DNA of 64,000 nt from positions 3,219,144-3,283,143 of the forward strand of contig CAJINV010000012.1 in assembly GCA_905178155.1 (NCBI GenBank), read 5' to 3'. Of the stretch, positions 43,562 through 54,516 are shown one piece after another. Position 1 is the stretch's first letter; each line of letters begins with the position of its first letter. Under the pieces are notes generated by a model. The model searched no databases and had not been told where the DNA came from. It was given only the letters and a program-made list of their open reading frames with translations. This DNA comes from Amoebophrya sp. A120 (lineage: Eukaryota > Protista > Dinoflagellata). Position numbers and translations under genes: made by a program.

Positions 43562-46500
43562 ATGCCGGATGTTTGTGCCTGCAGCGTCTATTCCATCCTG
43601 TGCCTGTTGGAATTCCGTGGTAACGGGAAAAAACCCTCCGAGCAGCCGGAAAAACAGCCTCCTATCCTCGAGGCGCAACCGTTCTACAGCAAGCGAACCC
43701 AGTTGAAAATCTTTTGCCTGATCAAGCAACTTTCGGAGGAGCTACAAGGGAGTAGTAGTTCCAGCCAAACGCACAGCGCGTGTCACGCACGGGTTTTTCT
43801 GCAACACCAGATCCGAAGCGTGAGTGAGAATTTGTACGCCGCTATCTGCCAATTCGTCGAGCGCGACTGCGTGCACACCGGCCCCGATGCGGTGTTCGCG
43901 GTCATGCACGAGGCGAAGCAGAGCCTGATGAATCCCCTGCAGAACCACGGGATTTTTGACACCGCGCACCTGACCAACACGAGCTACTACAGTGAACAGA
44001 GCATCATTGGATGCTTTTTGCGCCGGGTCATGCTGAGCTTTCAAAAATCGTCCTTTGAATCCATCATGGTCCTGCATGAGGAGCTGCTCGCCGGGTGCGG
44101 GATCACTAGTACCACGACGTCGAGAGTAGAAGACCCGTTGCATCAAGCCTTTCACGTGCCTCAAGATGCTCAAGAACAACAGGCGGATAGAAGTTGCAAG
44201 TCGAGCCGGAACAAGAAAATGGGACCAAAAATTCCGGTTTGTACGACTGTCACGGAGATGGAGGCCGTCGCTGTCCGATTGTTGCAGGAGCTGGAAGCCG
44301 TGTCTGGTCGTGCTGTGGGCCATCTAGTTGTACGGCAAAAGGACTGCGGGGGCGGAGCGCACCGGCACCGGCACCGGCACGGAGTAGAACACCAAGTTGT
44401 GCAACAAAACGACGTATGCATTGCAAATATGTCTGGGTCTGGAAGAGTCGGGGTTTGTCATGCACATTTTGCATGACCCGTGAGGTCTGTGATGCAGGTC
44501 CTAGCATCACAGATTTTTCGAGAGCTTCTTGATGCTTACCACGCATGACAAATGCCCTCTCCGCGTGCCAAGGACTGGAGTCCGCTTGCTGCCCATGCAA
44601 CACAGATATTTTTAGAATCCGCAAACAGCATTACAGTTTCCACTCTTCCAGACCCAGACATAGTTGCAATGCATACGACGACGACCACTCTGCGGAAGAT
44701 GAGTATCAAATGTAAAAATGTCTGGGTCTGGAAGGATGGAACTTGTCATGCTAAATCTGAAGCATGCAAAAATCTGTGTTGCATGATTACCAAAAGTCGT
44801 CCACTTTTGACCAAGTCGGGAGGGAGTTTCTCATGCAGGATAGGCATGAGAGAGATGGCGCAGAATCTGTCATGCTAGGTCCTGCATTCCAGGCTTCATG
44901 AGTCATGAAAAAGCTGCATGACAAATCGCGCATTCTTCCAGACCCAGACATTTTTACAGTTGATAATGAGGACGCCCGTACAACAAGAACCAAAACGCTG
45001 CACCGTCCTCAACTAGAAGAAGACCAAAATATTATTAAATTCACCGATTTGGCGCAACACACCCTGCAGCACTTCATCAAAAAGGTTCCCAACAACTACA
45101 AATTGTGGTTTTTGCTCTATGAGTTTTACATCCTGAAACAGCAAGTGGAAGTGATGTGGAACACGACGATCACGTCGGGGGCCCCCGCTGCGGGGGAGGG
45201 ACAACGTCATTACGATGTTGTACCGAGCGACTTATTTCTGGCTCACGGGAACGGGGGACCAACGGCACGATCTGTGGAAGTCGGCGGTGAAGTCGTGCGA
45301 GGACATGATATCTTCGCGGGACAAGAGTTGTTCGTGGATCTGGATGCCGGAGCAGTAGGTGCACGCCCAGCTTCTCCCACAAGTACTAGGCCAGCTCGAG
45401 CACGCCCGCACTACAGTCAGCAGGCCGTGGAGGCGCTGCAAAATTTTCATGCCGCGGTGTGCGTGAACTTGCACGAGAACAATTCGCAAAGCCGGTCTCT
45501 CTTCTATTCCCCCCTCACCCACCAGCAGATTCAGCAAGCGACCATCCCGGATATTTTGCTTGCGGTCGCGGGCACGTACTACGCCGCGGGCGAAATTGGA
45601 CCAGCCGAGCGGTTTTGTCAGGAGGCAAACAAGGCCGCACAGGATACGGCTGTCTCAAACATTTGATGCATGATTTGCTGTTTACATGCTGAATTTGTGA
45701 TGCAAGATTACGTAGTGAAAGCGGGCGAGGGCTTGCGCGTCTGGCATCTCTTGCTTCGCACGGAAGATTCTAATCCTACTTAGCGCATCCGCGTCGAGAA
45801 CTTGTCATGCGAAGAGGCTTGATCGCGTGGAGGGTGGCAGCGATTTCGCGACAAAACATCTTCACGCAACGTCAGCGATCAATGAAGCGTCAACTCCGTT
45901 TGAAAACGCCATACAGGAGACCAGCAACGGTTTTTGCTTGACTCGGTGCCTGTACCAGAGCGGTCTGGTCGAAGTTCAGAAGGGGAACGTTCTCAAGGCG
46001 TTGTCGCAACTGCGGTCCTGCGCCGAGAAGGCGGAAATTCTTCGGATGAACGATTTGACGGCGCTGTGTTTCTCCGCAATGCATCGGGTGACCGCACAAC
46101 ACCCGGGCGCGGTTTCGCAGGTAGCGGAACTCTTACCGTTTGCCGTCAAGCAGGGCGCACAAGAGAACCCGGAGGGAAGCCTGCTTCTGCCGTCCCAAAA
46201 CGTGTCGAACAAGCCGCCGCACTTGCGACAGCCGTTCGGCAGCAGTTCTTGTGCTATCTCCGGTGCAAGCTTGTCGCGCTCGTACGAAAGATACTATTAT
46301 TGCAATACCGCATGGCAAATTTTGTACCTAAGTCAGCATCCATTTTTACAATTTAGATTTCATCAATCTGGAGCAATTTTTTGCATAATGCAATTTGAAT
46401 AGATACTGATACAAGTGCGATACTTTTGCAATGCATATGCGCGGCGTTGCGCGTGCATTTGGATGCGGCAGAACAGGCAATGTTACGGACTCGAAGTTCC

Positions 46501-49500
46501 GCAGGGATCCTGCGGGCCTCGTCTGGCTCCTCTCGACGTAGCGACGCCAACGCTGGACTGCAGGCAGCTGCTTCGAACCACCTTCACTATCTGTTGACGA
46601 ACCAGGCGGTTTTCTGTGGGACCTTGTGCAAGGACTTCTCGCTGTCCACCTCATCGGCCTTTTCAAGCGGCATGAGCGACTTGTTTCTAGATTGGAGGCA
46701 GTTGCGGGCTGAAACGCTCCAAGGACCTATCCTGAGGAAAAACGAAAATTGACAGAAGTACCCACATGACACTCATCGATTGCTGCTTTTCCTGCGTGGA
46801 GGAGACACATGATCCTCCTGGGCACCATGTACATCTTGCGCATTTTTTGCATAACATCAAAAGCTATTCCGGCCGCGTAGGCACAACTGCGCATACGTTT
46901 TTCATCCACAGGATAGCATAGGAACTCTGTTTCCGGAAATGGGGCCAGGACCTGCTTGCAGATTCGCTACTCGGCGTGCGGAGGAAGTTCTACGAGCAGG
47001 ATTGTAATCATGCTACAAATGGTGGACGTGGAGGTGGTGCGCGAGGACGTACAAGTTGTACAGCGAACCTGCCAACAAAGTGCAGAACAAGTACCCGAAC
47101 TACACCTACAACCCGGTCGTTGCGTTTTCGTCAACCTCTTCTTTCCGTCGCTGACCTCGTGCTTCGCCGAAATCGGAAAAGGCTGGAACTGGGGGCCTAC
47201 TCGTCACTCGTGCGTGAGCTGCAGCGGGTAGAATTTTGCGGAGCCCGCCATGGTCGTGAGAGAAATCATGACGAAGAAGATCTTCAGCATGCTTCGATTT
47301 ATTCCTCGTGCAGCAGTATACCATCCGAAGATGGGAAGAAAATGTCCGCGAACAAGAAAGCCAATGACCGACTCGTTGCGGATCAGTTTGCTGATATTGC
47401 GTTTGATCCATCGAAGATCTCCTTTACGAAGCTCCCCGTGGTGCCGGGAGTAGGACCACCACTTCCACAGGAGGCCACGACTGCTTTTTCGGACAAAGCT
47501 ACTAGGCAAGTCGCGATTTCTTGTTCATCCTGTGATCAGGATGAGGAAATGGGGGTCCTCACAGCGGACAACTCCGCCCGTGCACAAGAAGAGGTGGACC
47601 CCCAAGGTGGAGGGAGAAAAACATCGAAGCACATCAATTATCCCGCCCCCGCGCAGACAAACATAGAAGATGTCCTTGGCGGATGTAGTTCATATGCAGC
47701 TTCGCAAGTAAAGCGTGATGAACCAGTGGAACAAAGGGTACTGCATCGCTGGCGCCTGGATGTGGATATGGACGATGTGCGAGAAAAAAGCTCCTCTTGT
47801 GCGAAAAATGCGAACCAAGCGCAGCAAAACGCCCCCGCCGACACGACGTCGAAAGCACGCATTGTACGAGAAACAGCTGTGCTGGATCAGCACTCAGCGC
47901 GTAGTGGGCCAAACGCAAGAACAGGAATACAATCTTTTCCGCCGCACGACAGCAGGACGGCCCACTTGTACAGCAATCATTTCGCCGCGCCGCTGGATAG
48001 ATGCAGAGCGCAGCTGTTGATCGCCGATGCGTATTTGGCGAATTGCACCGCGACGGCCCCCGTTTTCTCGAGAACTACATCCCGAAGAGCTACTGACAGA
48101 ACCGGAAACAAGCAATTTTCGGCCGATCATGGAAGGAGCACCTTCTACTTTGAGAGGGGAGTGGTAGAGAAAGCATACAAGGATGAAAATCATCTTTCCA
48201 CCTCTCCACCCGCGTCTCCCCTGGTCCTGGCCGCCGTGGCCTGCGCGAAGGCCCTGACGCTGGCGGAACAGAACGAGCTGGGGGTCCGAACGCGGAACAG
48301 TGTCCTCGCGCGAATCGCGCACGTGCACCTGTGCTTACAGGATTACGAGGCTGCGTGGCGGATCTTGATGCTGGAGGTCGTTGGAAGGGTCGGGGGTGGA
48401 GAGTTGTGTAGCTCGGAGGGTAATTTGGTACAATTTTCCCGGTCAAGAACAGCAACATCTCAGGGCGTCGGGAAGATGCAGAAACACAGCACTGGACTTC
48501 TTCTGGCTGACGAAGCAGCGGAACAGCAACAGGAGGAGCAAGACCACGAGCTGCAGGCTTACCTCGCGGAACTGCGAGCCGAACTGTTTCAAGCGATGCA
48601 CAAGAAACTGCGTCGTCATGGTCGGCCGCGAAGCAGGAAGCAGAGAGCAGCGCTACTAGCATCTGAGATGAACAAAGAAGACCAGAAGGAGCACGAAACT
48701 TTTCTCGGAGTCGGGGATTTTGACTGCAGCACCACCACGGACGAGTCTTCGGAATTCGGTCAGGATCATGATTCGGACGACTTCCCCTCGACAGAACACA
48801 CGAGGCGCTACTTCAAAAACAAAAACAGCAAAAAGAACTACAACAATTCCGGAAAAGAGAAAAGCAAAATCGTTAGAAGAAAACGCGTGATCGGACCGGA
48901 TTTGCAAACGAGGGTAATCAGGCTGGAAGTAGCCTCTCGTCCTGCCGCTAGGGGTGCTACACAGGATCCTCGGAACGGCGAGGCGAGTGCAAATAGGAAG
49001 GAAAGCCCAGGTCCACCTCCTGCTCCACCGCGACAGGCTGGTGTTGACCTCCAACAAGATATAACCACTTCCTCACAGGAGCTGCGAGCGCAGCAGGCGG
49101 TTCTGGAGGCCCCCCGCACGACTACTTCCACTGTCTCTCCAACTGCCACTACAACTTGTAGTTTCAGCGAAGAGGCGAGAGTTTTTTACCTCGCGGCGCT
49201 GAAGTGCCACGTGCGGGTCGGAAAAAATGTCCGGAAAATCGTGCAGATTGGGACAAAATTAGCGGAGTTGTGCGACAAGGCGGGGTATCAAATGCAAAAA
49301 TGTCTGGGTCTGGAAATTTGTGATGCATATCTCTGAAAGAATGGTGGGCGTACTACAATATGCAGCCAAGCATGATAACTTTTTGCACTGCCATGTGTTA
49401 GTTTCGTTTTCCGCATGGCAAACTGCGTTTTTGCATGACAGACAAGAGGCTCCGTTCCTGCTTACGCATCACAGATCTAACAGGCATGCCAGACAAGCAT

Positions 49501-49749
49501 CACAAGTCTTACATTTTTCCAGACCCAGACATTTTTGCAATGCATACGGGGGAAACGGCCAGCCGCGACTTCTTTGCGAAGTTGGTGAAAGAGGTGTACT
49601 CCTGTTGCACATCTGATTTTTCGAATAGAGCAATGTCTTCAGTATCAGTTGCAAATACATCAGCCACTAGAAGTCAAACTCAAAATCCGAAGTGCAATCT
49701 ATTGCAGGCTGTGTTGCGAAAGCATTTGGAGGCACTGGACGCACTGTGA
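43562..49749 (+). CDS. APC5: Anaphase-promoting complex subunit 5-like TPR protein
   Basis: SIIGCFLRRVMLSFQKSSFESIMVL and LLAVAGTYYAAGEIGPAERFCQEANKAAQD resemble the conserved APC5 N-terminal and Apc5-domain motifs; one intron near 45645-45825 is unresolved. Confidence 0.75.
44415..44675. mobile_element. TIR introner (family A)
   Basis: DR CGACG. Confidence 0.93.
44704..44965. mobile_element. TIR introner (family A, reverse of 2511)
   Basis: DR ATGAG. Confidence 0.94.
46295..46437. mobile_element. Degenerate TIR introner (family C-like)
   Basis: Right end GATACTTTTGCAATGCATA; left end and DR uncertain. Confidence 0.6.
46728..46915. mobile_element. TIR introner with decayed DR
   Basis: TATCCTGAGGA...TCCACAGGATA; flanks GGACC/GCATA; +5 removal restores frame. 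Confidence 0.8.
49286..49546. mobile_element. TIR introner (family A)
   Basis: DR CGGGG. Confidence 0.94.
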
Positions 49750-50195
49750 AGACGAATAGGAGGGTTTTGTTATATGCAGCAGGAATGGGGACATGGTCGT
49801 TCCGGGTGTGTGACAAGAATGAAAATGGACCTCATAAGAAGCACTTTCTTCTCTATCAGAACGAGAAAAGTTAGTGTCGCTCCTTTGCGACGGTCCCTCA
49901 TCTCAAAAGCTTTGTGTTGCAGTTGCAAACGAATTTCGGCGCTATTTTCTTCTGAGGGTGACGATGTCGCTGTTGGTTCCGACGTGTACTGTTTGTTGTT
50001 GCAAATCATAGTTTCTTTACTTTGTTGTTGCAAATCATGAATGATTCTGCCTGAAAATGTTGACCCTGCCGGGGAAGTAGTAGATAAGCGACACCGCCAC
50101 AAGCTGTCCAGTTGCGTGTCTGTCTGCGTAGAGGGAGTGAGCGAAGAAGTAATCAGGAAACGAATCCAAGCGCTTTTGGGAAACCACACGAAAAG

Positions 50196-50707
50196 ATGAA
50201 AGTTTTTTCCACCGCGGTTTCTTTTACGGCGACTGTTGCCCTCGTAGCGGCAGAGGAGTTCATGTCGCCCTTGCGGGGTGAGGTAGCTGCGTTTTCAAGT
50301 GGACCGGAGGATGATCCGTGCCACAAGAAGTACCATGACGAAGCGTCCTGTGCCGCAGACACCACTCTCGGGGGCGGGTACAATATTTGTGCTTGCAGTC
50401 ATGCGTAGTAGCTTTGCATGGGGTGGTAATCAATGTTTGTCATGTTGCGTGATGAAATTCGAAATCGAATTCAAATCCAATTCAACCTTCATCTAGTTGC
50501 GTCTGGTGTGTGTGCGGGGCCTTGCCAAGTTCTTGCTGGACAATTGCGGACGCAAAGAAGCTCCCAAAAGCGGTATTCAATTGCCACTTCCCGTCTTCAT
50601 CGCAGGTGGACGGGTCCGCGGCGAATATGGCGTGTAGAAGAAAGTTTTGTGTCGTGCACTTGCAGAAAAGCGTGTTGTGTACTTTCTTGTGTGGCACCGT
50701 GAAATAA
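50196..50707 (+). CDS. Small secreted cysteine-rich protein; 3' end uncertain (may extend to 50964)
   Basis: Signal peptide MKVFSTAVSFTATVALVAA; GT-AG intron 50378-50496 gives GGG|CVWCVCGALPSSCWTIADAKKLPKAVFNC. Confidence 0.65.
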
Positions 50708-52009
50708 AAGGAAAAGACAACTGAGAGCGCGACTAAATGCGATGTCTTGTATTCTATCTTCCGGTTCCGATGCTAATCTACTTAGGGCGCGACTCGAAAT
50801 TTTGTTTTTGTCAGCGTGATACGTCGCAAGGAGAAGGCGGAGTTGCCGGAATTGACAAGGGACGAGAGAGCGCAGGAAAATGCCCTGAGCGTGAACAAGG
50901 CGGACTCGACGGAAAGCAGCTCCGGGGAGCAATGGATTTAGGTGCGCGGAGGTTGCAATCGTAATACAAGTAAGCGTGCGCTCTGAGTAACAAACAACAG
51001 TGAAGATTGGCGGGATAAAACAGAGCGATAGGCGGATACGAAGAGGAGATTGGTGAATTGTGAAACAGCTCCGTTTTTTTCTAAATTTTTCAAAAGATGA
51101 TGAGTGGCGTCCTTCGCAAAATCCAAAGACGAGTTGGCAAGAACGGAAGAAAATAGAGCTACCACCAATCAGAAATATGGAAGTGGGCTTCTCCGTGGCT
51201 TTCGGGCTGCAGTACGTGTGTAATCAAAGATATGAGAAGTAACAAGAAGTGCTACTCCTGCCTTTAGACCAAGGAACAGCAGCAAGTCGTTGCCGACTCC
51301 TGCGCTGTCGATTGCTCGTTCCTCTAAACAGATGCGATCTGTAGTTTCGCATCATTGTGTCCCACTGAAAGTTTCGGTTTCAGATCCAATAGAATTTAGA
51401 TTCTGCTGCTTGCGATGGAGCAGACAGTTCTCGGTTGGAAGTATAGATATTTCGAAAGGTCTCTGCTCGATCTATACCTCCTGCTTGTCAAGTTCTAGAA
51501 GGATCCAATTACTCCGATCTCATCGTCGCAAAAGTGCGTTCTCGGATCAAAATCGAAGCTCTGCGCGTCTCAACGTCGAAATTAGGAAATTTGAAACGAT
51601 CTTGTCCTTTCCGCTAAGGTAAGGTCAACGCGTTGTGATAGCGTGAAATTGTAAAAAAGCCAAGGAATAGCTCGAGTTCCACGTCTGATCAAATTTTAAG
51701 ATTCCTGTGCCGGTCTGAAGCTCCCCTAAAATGCCTAATACATTGGGCGGATCAAAATCTAAATCGAAGGAAAAGCTGTAGGAGATCCTTATCAGAGCGC
51801 AAGAAGCAGACTTGCTGCCGAGGTTTGCAAAGAATTCAAGGATCGTGATTTGTGGCTCTTTGAAAATAACTTAAGTTTTGGGTACTACTTAGTAGTTCCC
51901 TTTAAATCGGAGACAAAAATCTGACAATTCGAACTTTCGCTCGCACCTCTTCAAAAACAGGGAATCTATTGTAGTCAGTGCTACTGTAGGAGAGTCTAAA
52001 ACCAACAAA

Positions 52010-53366
52010 ATGGCGCCGAAGAAGGACGAAGCCCCAAAGGTCGTCGAGGCCCCGAAGCTCGGACCCCAGAACGTATTTGTGTTTTTTTTAAAAAAGATTT
52101 TCATTTCATGCGGATTTTTTTGTGGCGACCGCCACCGCGACAGTTCCCACTCGCTAGTGGGCGCTTGATTTTTTGTGTAGTTGCAGTACAGGCTGTATAC
52201 TAGCACCAAGAAGTGTAATTTGTCATGCTGTTTTTACATCAAAACTAAATCTATCCCACAGGTCGGCCCGAATGAGGAGGTTTTCGGCGTTGCCCACATC
52301 TTCGCGTCCTTTAACGACACCTTCATTCACGTCACGGACTTACCAAATGTAAAAATGTCTGGGTCTGGAAGAATGCAACTTGTAATGCGTATTTCAGAAC
52401 ACAGAAAAGTCTCTCATGCATACGTAGCAAAAGCTCCCACTTTTTGCCAGCAAAATAGGGGACTTGTCATGCGGATTCGGCATTGCGGAAGGTTCTCGAA
52501 ACCTGTCATGCTAGAGCTTCCATGCCAGACCTTCTGTGTCATGCAAAAACAGCATGACTCTTCCAGATCCAGACATTTTTACACTTGATAGGACTGCTCC
52601 GGTCGCGAAACCTTCTGCCGCATCACCGGTGGTATGATGGTCAAGGCCGACAGGGATGAGTCGTCTCCGTACGCGGCGATGCTCGCGGCCCAGAACGTCG
52701 TTACCCGCTTGAAAGAGATCGGTATTCAATTTTGTCAGTCATGCATTACAAATTTTTTTCTCAATGTAAGTCCGCATTACAAATTTCATTTCTCATGCTG
52801 AGGAAGTTTGTAATGCATTTATACGAGTGCGATGCTTTTGGTTTTGCAATGCGTATTGTGGTCTTGTATGACAAAAGTTTAGCGTCATTCCGCCACGCCA
52901 ACAGGGGTGGTCACAGACCTGAGCAGGTTGCGTACTATTCGCTGTGAGGAATTTTTGTTGAACTATCTCTGGAAGAAGAAAGCTGCACGCTGAGAGAATC
53001 ATGACTAGACGGAGTCGAGCATTAGTATTGTATGCGATTGTAAACATGCGATGAACGAATTTCGGTGGTGTCCAAATTATCATATCACACGCACCCGGTC
53101 TTGATCTTCTGCGAATAATACCAAGTTGCGAACCGACGATTAATCCCTTACACGTTTCTTTTTAAAAAACTTCAGGTGTGACCGCTCTGCACGTGAAGCT
53201 GCGCGCCACCGGTGGCGTCAAGTCCCGCTCCCCGGGTCCGGGTGCCCAGCACGCGCTCCGCGCGCTCGCCCGTAACGGCATGAAGATTGGCCGCATCGAG
53301 GACGTCACCCCGATCCCGCACGACACCACCCGCAAGGCCCACGGTCGCCGCGGTCGTCGTTTGTGA
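52010..53366 (+). CDS. RPS14: 40S ribosomal protein S14 (uS11)
   Basis: [55 protein letters not shown]; GT-AG introns 52073-52261 and 52722-53175 plus one introner. Confidence 0.98.
52341..52590. mobile_element. TIR introner (family A) in RPS14
   Basis: DR GGACT; removal gives HVTDCSGRET. Confidence 0.95.
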
Positions 53367-54516
53367 GTTTGCTGTTGCGCAACATCACGAAAACCTTACA
53401 TTCGGAAGATTATACGGGACGAGAAGGTGGAGATGGACTGCAGATTTTTGTGGGATTGTGTTGTTGTTGTTGTTGTGTCTGTTTGTTCGCAGTAGATGCA
53501 GCTGCAAAAGAACTAAAAATCTGTAGGAGTTTTCATCTACTCACCTCCGTGATCTCAGTGGACCATGTGAAAGAACACTAGACTCTGAAAATTGTTGGTC
53601 TTGGACTCTGACTCTTCTACAAAAAAGACACAGCTGTACTACAAGGTCGGCCACGGACTGTCTTCTTGACTCTACTTGTCCTGGCTCGGCGCGAGACTTG
53701 CGAATTTCGTTGATGAGTGTTCCTTTGGAATCAACAGCAGAGGAAAAAAAATCGTCGGTTAGAGTACCAGCATCCTACATTTAGAAGTAGGAGAATCTGA
53801 TTCGCACCTTTCGTCTTGAAGAACACATTCATTTTGCGTCCACCAGCGCCCCCGCGCTAGCGCGAAATGAGGTGTGTGCGAATGCAAATCTTCGATCACG
53901 ATGAAGATGATTCGGCCGGCAGATGCTATAACCGCCAGATGTGATTCGTCAGCATCTCTCTTCGTCCACAGAAGCGAAGAATCGCGTACACAATCACAAC
54001 AACTTTCGCGATTGATGCTATCTTCGTCGGTCCATTCTCTTCGTACATTGATGATACACTCTCGTACCGACCATCGTACATCTGCATCAGCACCATCACG
54101 TGAATCTCCCGCATAGAGACAACCGCGGAGGAGGAACGAGTCGGTCCACTAGCGTACGTAGTCACGCATCGTGTAGCACGAAAACACACACACACATCGT
54201 CCACCCGTTGTGGACAAGAATCGTGCACGGAGCTGATCTCGCTACTTTGAATAGACCCAGTATCTAGCGCACCATAATTTCCGAACACAACCAATCTCGT
54301 AGCTCTATGTTCTTTATCTCCAGGTCACCAATCACCCTGACACGAATCCCCCCTCCTGAGTAGTAAAGCTCTGCGTTTTTAGATAGTCGCTTCAAAAATA
54401 CGAATGCTATTCGTCCCGAGTAATCACAACTTTATTCTTACTGGTGCTTGTGGTTTTACTTTTTCGCCAACCTGAGGTAAAGTACCACAGCCTTTACCTT
54501 CTACGGAAAAACAAAG

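Noticed and set aside
45645-45825. Defined introner in APC5
   Set aside because: An intron is required here and internal motifs are present, but I could not place TIR or DR boundaries.
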